Part shown: positions 18,600 through 28,582 of the stretch, in pieces
Numbering within the stretch: position 1 is the stretch's first letter
How the letters are laid out: every line of letters begins with the position of its first letter
NCBI GenBank assembly: GCA_023267435.1
Contig: JAHFNH010000003.1
Coordinates: forward strand, 12,717-76,716
DNA length: 64,000 bases
Direction of reading: 5' to 3'
Origin: Candidatus Nomurabacteria bacterium
Lineage (GTDB): Bacteria > Patescibacteriota > Minisyncoccia > Phycocordibacterales > UBA9973
Notes under the pieces: model-generated
Told to the model about the DNA's origin: nothing
Databases searched by the model: none
What the model saw: only the letters and a program-made list of their open reading frames with translations
Program-made: the position numbers and the translations under genes

Positions 18600-20246
18600 T
18601 TACTTTTTAATACAAGCTTTGATAAAAGCTGTGAAAAGTGGATGCGGGGTCAGCGGGCGGGCTAGGAATTCCGGATGGAATTGCGTGCCTAAGAAAAATG
18701 GATGCTTGCTCTTTGGAAGCTCGGCTATTTCCATCAACTGTCCTTCTGGAGAACGTCCGGAGAAAACCAATCCTTTAGCTTCCAGAGCCTCGATATAAGC
18801 TGGATTCACCTCATAGCGGTGTCTATGCCTTTCTTCCACTTCTTTCTTTCCATACGCACTGCGAGCGACTGTGCCGTCTTTTATGATCGCCTTGTAAGCG
18901 CCCAAACGCATCGAGCCACCATAAGAATTATTTTTCAAATGTTCTTTCTGAGATTCCATCACGTCGATGACGATATTTTTCGAATCTGGATTTACTTCTC
19001 GAGTATTAGCATCTTTCAAACCTAAGACATTTCGAGCGTATTCTATGACAATCATCTGCATTCCATAACAAAGACCAAGGTAAGGAATTTTATTTTCACG
19101 CGCAAATTTCACAGCAGAAAGTATTCCCTCAACACCTCTCGCGCCGAAACCACCCGGCACAACAATGCCGTCATATTTTTTAAGTTCTTTTAGTTTAGCT
19201 GGATTTTTCTCATAGTCGACAGAATTAAGCCAAGAAAAAACCGGCTTCCTGCCTTGCGCATAAGCTGAATATTTTATCGCCTCAATGACAGAAAGATAAG
19301 AATCAGATAAAACGAAATCTCCTGTCTCGAAGTATTTTCCGATCATTGCGATCTTTACTATCCCTTTGCTGTTATGAGTTTTTCTGACAAAATTTTTCCA
19401 AGCATTCCATTTTTTTGCATCTGGTTTCTTACAAGTAACTCCGAGCAAACTGCAGAGTCGATCAGAAAGATTTTCTTTTTCAAAATTCAAAGGTATATCA
19501 TAAATAGAATCCACATCCGGCGCGGAAATTATTCTCTCCGGCAGAATATTGCAAGATAATGCAATTTTTTCTTTTCTCTTCTCATCAAGCTTTATTTCTG
19601 CGCGCGCTATCAAAATATCTGCTTGGATTCCAGAACCATTCAAAAGCCTTGAAGCGTGCTGGGTCGGCTTGGTTTTCATCTCGCCCACTTTCGAAGGTAT
19701 CGGCAGATAAGAAACCATCACAAAAATCACATCATGCGGATGTTCTATTTTCATCATTCTGGCTGCTTCCAAGAAAAGCATATTCTGATACTCACCAATA
19801 GTGCCTCCCACTTCTACGATCACGACATCTGCTTCGGCTTTCTTGCCTGCCTCTTTAATACGTCTGATAACTTCTTGCGGAATATGCGGAACGACTTCTA
19901 CGCACTTGCCTTTATATTCTAAATTTCTCTCACGTTCGATAACACTCTGATATACTCGGCCGGTCGTCATATAATTTATCCGAGTCAAATTCACATCGAG
20001 GAATCTTTCGTAGTTTCCCATATCCTGATCTGTCTCATCTTTGTCTGAAAGAACAAAAACCTCACCATGTTCTGTGGGGTTCATCGTACCGGCGTCGACA
20101 TTGATGTAAGGATCTATTTTTATAGATGTCACAGCAAGTCCGCGATTTTTCAAAATAAGTCCGAGCGAAGATGAAGTAATACCCTTTCCAACTCCAGAAA
20201 TAACTCCTCCAACTACAAAGATATATTTTGTATTTTCTTTTGCCAT
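18600..20246 (-). CDS. pyrG: CTP synthase
   Basis: 548 aa. YIFVVGGVISGVGKGIT...the glutamine amidotransferase domain includes GLCYGMQ. Confidence 0.93.
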   Translation of the reverse strand: MAKENTKYIFVVGGVISGVGKGITSSSLGLILKNRGLAVTSIKIDPYINVDAGTMNPTEHGEVFVLSDKDETDQDMGNYERFLDVNLTRINYMTTGRVYQSVIERERNLEYKGKCVEVVPHIPQEVIRRIKEAGKKAEADVVIVEVGGTIGEYQNMLFLEAARMMKIEHPHDVIFVMVSYLPIPSKVGEMKTKPTQHASRLLNGSGIQADILIARAEIKLDEKRKEKIALSCNILPERIISAPDVDSIYDIPLNFEKENLSDRLCSLLGVTCKKPDAKKWNAWKNFVRKTHNSKGIVKIAMIGKYFETGDFVLSDSYLSVIEAIKYSAYAQGRKPVFSWLNSVDYEKNPAKLKELKKYDGIVVPGGFGARGVEGILSAVKFARENKIPYLGLCYGMQMIVIEYARNVLGLKDANTREVNPDSKNIVIDVMESQKEHLKNNSYGGSMRLGAYKAIIKDGTVARSAYGKKEVEERHRHRYEVNPAYIEALEAKGLVFSGRSPEGQLMEIAELPKSKHPFFLGTQFHPEFLARPLTPHPLFTAFIKACIKK

Positions 20247-20255
20247 GAATAAATA

Positions 20256-21173
20256 TTATTTATTTAAATATTTGCGAACTGCCAGAGATGAAGAAACTAC
20301 TCCAAGCAAAACTCCTGATAATAGGATAATTGCGAAAATTTGGAAGAAATTCGAAATGTAATAATCATACAAATTGATTCCAAGAAAATCAGTCATATTG
20401 CGGCTAAACCAAACAGTCAGAGGAACAAAAATAACCAAAGTCACGAGTGTCGCGATAATTCCATAAATAGCTCCTTCGATCATAAAGGGTCCGCGAACGC
20501 GCATCTTACTGGCTCCAACCAAACGCATCACGCCTATTTCCTCTCTGGAGAAGAAGATGGTAAGGCGAATAGTATTGAAAGTAATAACTATTGAAATAAG
20601 AACTAAAATAAGGGTTACTAAGAATCCAAGTTTTTGTGCACCGGAGATTATCGAATTCAATCTTTCGATCACGAGTTTGTTTTGGTGATAATTCACCTTG
20701 TCTATGATTGAGGCCGAACCCAGAACTAAAGCGTTGTCTGATTTCAAGAAATTCGCAATACTTTCATACTGAGAAACTTCTTTTGCTTTCACATTCAAAT
20801 ATGCACCGAGAGGATTATCTTTTATTTCATCAAGAGCTTGGATTGTTGGATAATCGTCAGAATGCCTGTCGCGGAAAAGTTTCAATGCTTCTGCATCACT
20901 CGTGTATGTGACACTCGCAACTTCGGGCAAATTCTCCAATGAGGATTTCAAAGCTAAAATTTTATCTTCCGAAGCACCAGTAGTGAAATAAATCGTCACG
21001 TCCACTTTGTCTTTAATCTGATCGAGAGAATAATGCAAAACCGCTTGCAAGAAAATAAGCGATGCGATGACAGAGAGAGTGATAGTCACGACTAGAACAG
21101 CCGCCCATGACACGATGCCATTTCTTTTAAAGTTTACCGCTCCGGCTTTTATAATTCTTTTTAGTCCAGTCAT
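20256..21173 (-). CDS. ftsX: cell-division ABC transporter permease FtsX
   Basis: 305 aa, four TM helices, with a periplasmic domain between TM1 and TM2. It lies immediately downstream of ftsE. Confidence 0.85.
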   Translation of the reverse strand: MTGLKRIIKAGAVNFKRNGIVSWAAVLVVTITLSVIASLIFLQAVLHYSLDQIKDKVDVTIYFTTGASEDKILALKSSLENLPEVASVTYTSDAEALKLFRDRHSDDYPTIQALDEIKDNPLGAYLNVKAKEVSQYESIANFLKSDNALVLGSASIIDKVNYHQNKLVIERLNSIISGAQKLGFLVTLILVLISIVITFNTIRLTIFFSREEIGVMRLVGASKMRVRGPFMIEGAIYGIIATLVTLVIFVPLTVWFSRNMTDFLGINLYDYYISNFFQIFAIILLSGVLLGVVSSSLAVRKYLNK

Positions 21174-21196
21174 AAAAATTATTGTAACATATTTTA

Positions 21197-21877
21197 CTAA
21201 ATCACATACTTACCATCTTTGTCGTCTCTTACGACCTTGCCTTTTTCTAATGTGATAACTCTCTTGCCTATCGAATCAATAACTCCGCGATTGTGCGTGG
21301 TTAAAATGACAGTCGTGCCGAGGTCATTTATCTTTTTTAAAATCTGTATCACTTCATAAGTATTGATCGGGTCCAAGTTTCCAGTCGGCTCATCGGCAAT
21401 GATTAATTCCGGCTGGTTGATGATGGCACGAGCTATAGCAAGTCTTTGTTGTTCCCCTCCGGACATCTGGTGCGGGAAATGAAAAATACGACTGCCTAAA
21501 TCAACGAGTTCCAACACGTGAGGAACATCACTAGCTATCTCTTCGTCGGACTTTCCGGCGGCTTCCATCGCAAAAGCAATATTTTCATAAGCAGTCTTGT
21601 TTGGCAATAATTTAAAATCCTGAAAAACAGCGCCGATTTTTCTTCTGAGTTTATTTAAATCACCACTTCTTAATTTATGCACATCGACAGACTCAAAAAA
21701 TACCGTACCTTCTGTCGGCTTGTCGTCTGCTAGAATCATTTTTATGAGAGTGGTCTTGCCTGCACCTGAGTGTCCAACAATAGAAACGAATTCCCCTGCT
21801 GTGACTGTTAAATTCACATCTTCCAGCGCTACTGAATCCCTGTTATAAATTTTTGAAACATTATTGAAATAAATCAC
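21197..21877 (-). CDS. ftsE: cell-division ATP-binding protein FtsE
   Basis: Walker A GHSGAGKTT, signature LSGGEQQR, Walker [12 protein letters not shown]. Confidence 0.9.
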   Translation of the reverse strand: MIYFNNVSKIYNRDSVALEDVNLTVTAGEFVSIVGHSGAGKTTLIKMILADDKPTEGTVFFESVDVHKLRSGDLNKLRRKIGAVFQDFKLLPNKTAYENIAFAMEAAGKSDEEIASDVPHVLELVDLGSRIFHFPHQMSGGEQQRLAIARAIINQPELIIADEPTGNLDPINTYEVIQILKKINDLGTTVILTTHNRGVIDSIGKRVITLEKGKVVRDDKDGKYVI

Positions 21878-21993
21878 TTTCTAATAGTATCACAAACCCC
21901 TCTCAGCTTCAACGCAATTTGACAAAATCTTTTAAGGTGTTATCTTTTAACTAGAAATAAATCGAAGTCTAATCTTTAAAAACAAAATAAACA

Positions 21994-22842
21994 ATGAAAA
22001 CAACTATGAAAATTGCCTTGGCCTGCTTTATTGGAGCAGTTATGGGCACACTCATCTCTTTAGAAATGAATAAAATGCTGTGGTGGGTCGGAGCTATCGC
22101 AGGAGGAGTCATCGGATACTTTATCTATGACATCGAACAAGTAATTAAAGCAATTCCAAAGACATGGGAATACGCTAAAGAAAATAAAAATAAGTTCTCT
22201 TGCACTTTAGTAAAAATTATTAAAAATATAATTATTGCGATTTTCTGCGTTACTGCAGTACTTATTGTTCCATTCATTTGGTTAGGGTACATTGATAATT
22301 ATTTTTGGAATATCTTTCATATGCCAAAAATATCGCTTATACATGATGATATTTTTGTGTTATTACCTATTCTGTTTATATATTATGCAATGGCACTAAT
22401 TAATTTCTTAATTTTGATTTATTCCGCTAAAGATATTTTAGTAGAAAATGATAAATGTCTTAAAAAGATGAAACTATTGGGAATAATAAATAAAGCAAAA
22501 AATAGCAACATATTTAAAATATTTGCGCTTTTATCTTCTCAACTGATTGCTTTTGGTTGGATAATATTTTGGCTTTATAAGGGATTTACAGCAGTGCCTG
22601 AAGCAACAAAAGAAGCGTTTAATGTTTCCACTGAATTTTTAGGAAAATTCATTAAGAAATTATTTCTTCTTATTCATTCTCAGGCGCGATTGATTTGCGG
22701 AGTTGATTCATTATTCGGTACTGTTATCGGATATTTCTTTTTCCATGATCCAATCATGGGCGGAATTGCCGGTGCAATACTCGGAGTGTTCAATTACTGG
22801 ATTGTTTCAATCAAAATACTGAAACTTGAACCAAAGTTGTAG
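21994..22842 (+). CDS. polytopic membrane protein of unknown function
   Basis: 282 aa with at least six hydrophobic helices. Confidence 0.5.
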   Translation: MKTTMKIALACFIGAVMGTLISLEMNKMLWWVGAIAGGVIGYFIYDIEQVIKAIPKTWEYAKENKNKFSCTLVKIIKNIIIAIFCVTAVLIVPFIWLGYIDNYFWNIFHMPKISLIHDDIFVLLPILFIYYAMALINFLILIYSAKDILVENDKCLKKMKLLGIINKAKNSNIFKIFALLSSQLIAFGWIIFWLYKGFTAVPEATKEAFNVSTEFLGKFIKKLFLLIHSQARLICGVDSLFGTVIGYFFFHDPIMGGIAGAILGVFNYWIVSIKILKLEPKL

Positions 22843-22858
22843 AAATGACTTTCAATTT

Positions 22859-22895
22859 AAAAAGCCCTTACAAAAAATGTAAGGGCTTTTAATTT
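22859..22895. terminator. bidirectional intrinsic terminator
   Basis: AAAAAGCCCTTACAaaaaatGTAAGGGCTTTTAATTTT, lying between convergent genes. Confidence 0.75.
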
Positions 22896-23788
22896 TACAA
22901 TTTTTTCTCAGCTTCAATGAATAAATCTAGGTCGCCGTCTAAAACTGCATCTACATTTGAGGTTTCGGCTTCTGTCCTGTGGTCTTTGACCATTTTATAT
23001 GGATGCAAGACATATGAACGGATTTGACTACCCCATTCTATATCTGTTCCCTTGGAAATCTTCATACTTTCTTCAACTGTCTTTTTTTCTTCTTCTGCTT
23101 TCTTGAAAATTTTTGCACGAAGCATATTCATAGCTGTCTCTCTATTGGCTTCTTGGGAGCGCTCGCCTGAAGCATGTGTTGAAATACCAGTTGGAATATG
23201 AACGATGCGGACAGCTGTCTCTCTTTTGTTTACATTCTGCCCACCCGGTCCGCCAGACTTTGCAAATTCTATTTTTAAATCTTTTTCCGGAATGACAAAA
23301 TCTTTTTCTTCCAATTTTGAAAACTTCGGCAATACTTCCACCAACGAAAAAGAAGTGTGACGCATTTGCTTCGCGTTAAATGGAGAGATGCGCACCAGGC
23401 GATGCACACCTGATTCATTTTTCAAATTTCCATAAGCATTCTTCCCTGCCATCTCAAAAGAAACATTTCTGTATCCGCCGTGATCATTCTTATGTTCGTG
23501 AATAAAAGAAATTCCCCAGCCTTTCCTGTCTGCATACTTCATATACATATCGAGGAGTATTCGTGAAAAATCTTCCGCATCATCCCCGCCCGCTCCGGAA
23601 ATAATGGTAACAATCGCATTGCCCTTGTCATACTTTCCCAAACCTTCTTTTTTATCTTTCAAATCTGCCAATTCTTTTATCGTCGCCTGCGCACGAACCT
23701 TATCACTCCAAAAATCCGGACCGGCAATAACACCCTCCAGCTCCTTTATCTTTTCATCTATTAAATTAGCATTTAAATCTTCAGCCAT
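22895..23788 (-). CDS. prfB: peptide chain release factor 2 (short form; no programmed +1 frameshift site detected)
   Basis: SPF motif (RISPFNAKQMRHTSF) and GGQ motif (SGGPGGQNVNK). No CTTTGAC-like shift site was found upstream of MAEDL. Confidence 0.85.
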   Translation of the reverse strand: MAEDLNANLIDEKIKELEGVIAGPDFWSDKVRAQATIKELADLKDKKEGLGKYDKGNAIVTIISGAGGDDAEDFSRILLDMYMKYADRKGWGISFIHEHKNDHGGYRNVSFEMAGKNAYGNLKNESGVHRLVRISPFNAKQMRHTSFSLVEVLPKFSKLEEKDFVIPEKDLKIEFAKSGGPGGQNVNKRETAVRIVHIPTGISTHASGERSQEANRETAMNMLRAKIFKKAEEEKKTVEESMKISKGTDIEWGSQIRSYVLHPYKMVKDHRTEAETSNVDAVLDGDLDLFIEAEKKL

Positions 23789-23836
23789 AGTGAGATTATA
23801 GCAGAAATTAAAGACTTACTATGTTATAATTCCCCC

Positions 23837-24757
23837 ATGCATGGATACAGTTGGCTTCTTATCGCTTCTATCGCTCCGCTCTTATGGGCCACAGCGAACC
23901 ATATAGACAAATACCTTATTACCAAATTTGGTGTTGGAATCGGCACCAAGGGTCTAATAATTTTTTCTTGTCTTCTTTCTTCAATAACAGTGATTGTTGT
24001 ATCTTTTTTTCTACCTAAAACACACATTCTCGCTTTTCCTACTTTAAATATAATCGTTCTTATAACAACTGGAATTTTATGGTCTTTGGGAATTTTATTT
24101 TATCTTTTTGCATTAGGAGAAGATGAAACTTCTTTTGTTGTAGCCATGTTTCAACTCATTCCCGTTTTTGCTTTTATAATGGGATTTTTATTTTTAGGAG
24201 AAACTATATCGATCAGACAAATCATCGGCGCGTTAATAATAATACTAGGGGGCATTCTTGTTTCATTAAACTTCAATGAAAAATTTAAATTCAAAAAGAA
24301 ACTTTTTATACTCATGGTTTCTTCATCTTTTGTAATAGCTCTTTCTCAAATTCTTTTTAAATTCGCCGCACTTGATAATTTCAAGGGAGCAATGTTTTGG
24401 CAATATACTGGAACATTATTACTTGGATTAATATTCTTATGTCTACCTTCTTTCAAAAAAGAATTCTTTTCTGTCTTTAAGAACAATCTGACTGGCAAAA
24501 TATTTTTTTGGAGTGTTATGGTTGAAATCCTAACTTTAATCGGAAATTCACTTGTTTCTTTTTCCGTATTAATAGCGCCAGTAGCGATGGTTCTATTGGT
24601 CGAATCTTTCCAACCAGCACTCTCTTTTATTTTAGCTATAATTATCACGATCTTCATACCAACTTTTGCAAAAGAAGACCTAAGTCCAAAAATTCTGTTC
24701 CAGAAAATAACAGCTATAGCCATCGTACTTATCGGCAGTGCTATTTTATTTCTATAA
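23837..24757 (+). CDS. EamA/DMT-superfamily transporter
   Basis: 306 aa, about 10 TM helices, two EamA-like halves. Confidence 0.65.
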   Translation: MHGYSWLLIASIAPLLWATANHIDKYLITKFGVGIGTKGLIIFSCLLSSITVIVVSFFLPKTHILAFPTLNIIVLITTGILWSLGILFYLFALGEDETSFVVAMFQLIPVFAFIMGFLFLGETISIRQIIGALIIILGGILVSLNFNEKFKFKKKLFILMVSSSFVIALSQILFKFAALDNFKGAMFWQYTGTLLLGLIFLCLPSFKKEFFSVFKNNLTGKIFFWSVMVEILTLIGNSLVSFSVLIAPVAMVLLVESFQPALSFILAIIITIFIPTFAKEDLSPKILFQKITAIAIVLIGSAILFL

Positions 24758-24782
24758 AAAATAAGGTAAAATTAACATTGTC

Positions 24783-25163
24783 ATGGAAAACGAACAAAAA
24801 ACAAAAAACAATAGCTTATTAATAAAAGCATTGATAGCCTGTTGCGTTATTTCTGTTATCACTTCATTCTATTTTTTTTATTACAAAAAAGATTTTAATT
24901 TCATAGTGGAAGTTTCTTGCGATAAATCGCAAGAAACATGTTTTGAACGTGACTGTTCCAATCCTGATGACTGTCCCCCAAACGGACTTTCTGATTTCAA
25001 AAGATACAGTCTAAATGCGAACGACTTTAAATCGTGTCAAAACGAAGATTGCACTACTGTATGTGAAAATGGAGAAATAAAATGCACACCAGTAGAGTGT
25101 ACTGAAAATCCTGACACTGGAGAAACTTGTGTATCTCCTCAATCTTCTGAGAGCGTCCAATAA
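24783..25163 (+). CDS. small membrane-anchored Cys-rich protein
   Basis: 126 aa with one TM (LIKALIACCVISVITSFYFFYY) and then 12 Cys in about 90 aa (CDKSQETCFERDCSNPDDCPP...). Confidence 0.55.
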   Translation: MENEQKTKNNSLLIKALIACCVISVITSFYFFYYKKDFNFIVEVSCDKSQETCFERDCSNPDDCPPNGLSDFKRYSLNANDFKSCQNEDCTTVCENGEIKCTPVECTENPDTGETCVSPQSSESVQ

Positions 25164-25167
25164 AATT

Positions 25168-25998
25168 ATGATAAAAATCGGTGATTATGAAAAAATAATG
25201 TCAGACAGAAACTTGTTTAATCAAGTTATTTACACTCCTCTTTCAGACGCATTACGTCTTTTAGATGAAAGAAGTAAAGATGCTGATCTTGTACTGAAAG
25301 TAAAAAAACTTCTTGATAATGATATTCCGGAAGTATTTAAAGATAATAAAAAATATGCTGTTCTCTTTAGACAAGTTGCAACACCTAATTATGAAACCAA
25401 AAGATTTATAGCTTTAGCCAAAGAAAATAATTTACACCCCATAATTTTCGAATATCATGATGATATCTTTTCTCCAGACAATAATGAGTTTAAATACTCT
25501 TTAGGAAAACTACCAATACATAAAACCATAAAAGACAAACCTGCCTTAGACCTTAAAGAATATATTAATATTGTTGATTTCAATTTACATAAAGGCAAAA
25601 AAATAAGAGAAGTTTTAACAATATGGTCTGAACCTCTTATTGATTTTCATAAATTACTGTTCAATGATCATTTTAAAAATGAAATAATAACAGTATGGAA
25701 TGCTTCAGACTGGTATAAAAATAAGGGTGCAACTGCACGTGATTATTATAAATTCTTTTTTCTTTTTTTTATTTACCATGGAATTCTTTTTGAAAACTTT
25801 TTATCATCAAAAGACACTGAGGGTGATTTCACTAAAAATATAGTATTGCCGGCCATTGAAGAAGTTATGAATATGACAGGAGTAAAACCACTTATAGTAC
25901 CAATTGAACCAATTGACAGTGAACTAGACGAATATTGGGTATATCACAGTCCAAACGTAAGACAATTTATAAATGATTATATAAAAAATAAGAAATAA
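25168..25998 (+). CDS. hypothetical cytoplasmic protein, co-operonic with the downstream histidine kinase
   Basis: 277 aa from MIKIGDYEK. Its stop lies 1 nt before the HK start. Confidence 0.5.
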   Translation: MIKIGDYEKIMSDRNLFNQVIYTPLSDALRLLDERSKDADLVLKVKKLLDNDIPEVFKDNKKYAVLFRQVATPNYETKRFIALAKENNLHPIIFEYHDDIFSPDNNEFKYSLGKLPIHKTIKDKPALDLKEYINIVDFNLHKGKKIREVLTIWSEPLIDFHKLLFNDHFKNEIITVWNASDWYKNKGATARDYYKFFFLFFIYHGILFENFLSSKDTEGDFTKNIVLPAIEEVMNMTGVKPLIVPIEPIDSELDEYWVYHSPNVRQFINDYIKNKK

Positions 25999-25999
25999 G

Positions 26000-27616
26000 A
26001 TGCACACTCAAATAGACACAATTATAAACACATGCTATGCAACAACTAACACATCAAGACAAATAGCTTTTTATTCACATTTAATTCCAGTAATATTTTC
26101 ACTAGCACTAGCTATTCTAGTGTTCGTTAAATCTAAACGTATCTTACTTTCAAAAATTTTCCTTGCCTTTGTTTCGATGTTCTCACTTTGGCTTATAGGT
26201 GACTTGATTCTTTGGACACAAAATAATTATTTTCTTCAGTATGCCTCGTGGGCACCACTTGATTATATTGAAATAGTATTTTATGTACTCGGACTTTATT
26301 TTGCAATTTCTTTCGTTAAAGGATCCACAATTCCAAAACTTTCTAAAATTTTTCTATTTATTCTTACTCTTCCTCCACTTTTTATTACCTTATCAAAACA
26401 ATCAGTTAATGGCTTTAATTACCCTGTTTGCGAAGCGTTCAACAATAACTTTTTAGGTAACTATAAACTTGCAGTAGAAGGTTTTATTCTAATAATTCTT
26501 CTAATTTATATAGTAATTCCTTTTATAAAAAAACTATCACCTGAAAAGAAAAAAGCTGATTTAATTGTACTTGGTTCCATGTTTTTATTCCTTTCAATAT
26601 TTGGAGTAACAGAATATTTTGCTTCAATCACAGGAAATTATGAGATGAACTTATATAGTTTATTTGTAATACCTATTTTTCTTTTTGCTATGATCTACTC
26701 CGTTTTTGATTTGGATATTTTTAATTTCAAAATCCTTGGAACACATTATTTAGTTGTGGGATTCTTAGTGTTAACAGGTATGCAAGTATTCTTTATCAAA
26801 GGTGGAGTTGATGGGTTACTTACTGGAATAACAGTATTATTTGCAGCAGGGCTTAGTGTTATTCTATTTAGAAATCTGAAAAAAGAATCTGACCAACGTA
26901 TACTTATCGAACACTTAGCCGATCAACGAGAAAGTTTCATTCACTTCTTGAGTCACGAGGTCAAGGGAATCTTGGGAAAAAATAAAAACATGTTTGCTAT
27001 GATATTGGAAAAAGATCCAAACACGACAGCAGAACAAATAGACTCTTTCATTAAGAGATCTTCTGTCGACACTAATGGAGCTATCGATATGGTTGAAAAT
27101 ATTCTTCGCTCTAATGATTTTAAAAATGGAAAAGTTTCTATGGATATGAAACCTTTCGACATGAAAGCATCCGTACTGGACGCATTAAATAGTTTGAAAT
27201 TTGATATTGAAACAAAAGGACTCACTGTAAAAACAACTATAGATGAAAAACAAGATTACACAGTTTTGGGAGATAAAGAAAATATAACCAAACACGTCAT
27301 ACGCAATCTTATAGACAACGCTATCCGCTACACTCCAAAAGGTGATATTACTATTTTTCTATCAAAAAATGGAAATAAGGTTTTGTTCTCCGTAAAAGAT
27401 ACTGGCGTGGGTATTACTCCAGAAGATATGTCAAAACTATTCACTGAAGGCGGACGCGGTAAAGACTCAATCAAGGTTAATGTGCACAGTACTGGTTACG
27501 GGTTATTCTTCGCTAAAGGGATGGTAGAAGCTCACAATGGAAGAGTTTGGGCTGAATCAGAAGGTGCAGGTAAAGGCACCACTTTCCTACTAGAGTTGCC
27601 AGCATATTCGGCATAG
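26000..27616 (+). CDS. sensor histidine kinase with an N-terminal 7-TM sensing domain (orphan; no adjacent response regulator)
   Basis: About 280 aa of polytopic membrane domain, then H-box FLSHEVKGIL and HATPase motifs NLIDNAIRYTPKG...DTGVGI...GYGLFFAKG. Confidence 0.8.
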   Translation: MHTQIDTIINTCYATTNTSRQIAFYSHLIPVIFSLALAILVFVKSKRILLSKIFLAFVSMFSLWLIGDLILWTQNNYFLQYASWAPLDYIEIVFYVLGLYFAISFVKGSTIPKLSKIFLFILTLPPLFITLSKQSVNGFNYPVCEAFNNNFLGNYKLAVEGFILIILLIYIVIPFIKKLSPEKKKADLIVLGSMFLFLSIFGVTEYFASITGNYEMNLYSLFVIPIFLFAMIYSVFDLDIFNFKILGTHYLVVGFLVLTGMQVFFIKGGVDGLLTGITVLFAAGLSVILFRNLKKESDQRILIEHLADQRESFIHFLSHEVKGILGKNKNMFAMILEKDPNTTAEQIDSFIKRSSVDTNGAIDMVENILRSNDFKNGKVSMDMKPFDMKASVLDALNSLKFDIETKGLTVKTTIDEKQDYTVLGDKENITKHVIRNLIDNAIRYTPKGDITIFLSKNGNKVLFSVKDTGVGITPEDMSKLFTEGGRGKDSIKVNVHSTGYGLFFAKGMVEAHNGRVWAESEGAGKGTTFLLELPAYSA

Positions 27617-27732
27617 ATATATTGTTTCAAATTTAAACTAAGATAAAATTTTTAGAGCCCTAAAGGACTTCATTTAGTAAAATGACCTACTGGGTCGATT
27701 TTCTAAAGTTTAGTAAAACTAAGTAAATCGGG

Positions 27733-27803
27733 AGCCGAGAGTGGGAATCGGACCCACGTTCCTACTTTACGAAAGTAGTGTTCTACCACTGAACTATATC
27801 GGC
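27733..27803 (-). tRNA. tRNA-Thr (anticodon CGU)
   Basis: GCCGAUA-UA-GUUC-AGUGGUA-GAAC-A-CUACU-UUCGUAA-AGUAG-GAAC-GUGGG-UCCGAUU-CCCAC-UCUCGGC. One acceptor-stem mismatch. Confidence 0.7.
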
Positions 27804-27878
27804 TTATTCTTAATTCTCAAACAAAGAAAAGTATACACCAATTAAATAATTGTTGCATTTAAACTATTAATTAAAAAA

Positions 27879-28490
27879 TTATTCTTTATCGGCAAATACT
27901 ACAAGTCTATAAGGACGGCCTTTCTTCACACTATTCCAAATCCCCTCACAAGTAACAAGATTCAGGTGTGCCTTTCCATCGGTTGAACCGAATACATCTG
28001 AAGCATCTGCGTTGGCATCATATTTTCTACTTTCTCGTACAACAAAAGAAATAGTTGCACCCTTATCATCTTCGACGATAATTTTGTCTCCATTTTTTAA
28101 TTTATATAAATTATCGAATACCGCTGGAATGCTGTTTTTCCAACCGAAGTGCCCGGCGATAACAGCACTGCCATTATCGCCAGGATGTGGTCCCAGGTCG
28201 AACCAAGCGACATTATCTGGACCCTTTGGCACTTCCATCGCCCCATCAGAAGTAAGACCCACATCTTCAACAACAGCATCGACATTAATATTCGGAATCT
28301 TTAGACGCACTGGCAACCCAAAATTATCTTTCCCCTGTCCCAAAGGAATAGTGGTTTTTACAACAAGCGGAATCAAACTAGTATGAGTTGAATCTTTAAA
28401 GAAAAGAAATAAAAATAAACCCAAGAAAATAAAGAATCCCAGAAAAATAATTATTAATATTCTTTTTGATAAATTTTTTGATAAATTCAT
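27879..28490 (-). CDS. sortase (class F-like transpeptidase)
   Basis: N-terminal TM anchor. Catalytic His in AVIAGHFGW and the TLXTC motif HLNLVTCEG. Confidence 0.8.
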   Translation of the reverse strand: MNLSKNLSKRILIIIFLGFFIFLGLFLFLFFKDSTHTSLIPLVVKTTIPLGQGKDNFGLPVRLKIPNINVDAVVEDVGLTSDGAMEVPKGPDNVAWFDLGPHPGDNGSAVIAGHFGWKNSIPAVFDNLYKLKNGDKIIVEDDKGATISFVVRESRKYDANADASDVFGSTDGKAHLNLVTCEGIWNSVKKGRPYRLVVFADKE

Positions 28491-28499
28491 ATATAACCT

Positions 28500-28540
28500 A
28501 AAGAGTCAGCCCAAGATTGGTCTGACTCTTTTTACTTTAA
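28500..28540. terminator. hairpin terminator-like element
   Basis: AAAGAGTCAGcccaagattggtCTGACTCTTTTTACTTT, lying between the adhesin and sortase genes. Confidence 0.45.
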
Positions 28541-28582
28541 AAACAGTGTAAAAATATTCGTTAACCTATCTTAATAGAGAAA

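Noticed and set aside
23789-23836. Possible upstream frame-0 segment plus a CUU UGA C shift site for prfB.
   Set aside because: The 48 nt between prfB and the divergent EamA gene contain no in-frame ORF segment or shift heptamer, and the divergent gene starts at 23837. I concluded that prfB is frameshift-independent here.
27656-27735. The 13-mer GCCCTAAAGGACT and AAATCGGGAG are shared between the region downstream of tRNA-Thr(CGU) and the 63311-63360 intergenic region.
   Set aside because: In 64 kb on two strands, dozens of chance 13-mer matches are expected. Spacing differs between the two copies (67 nt versus 41 nt) and the flanks do not align. I judged it coincidental.
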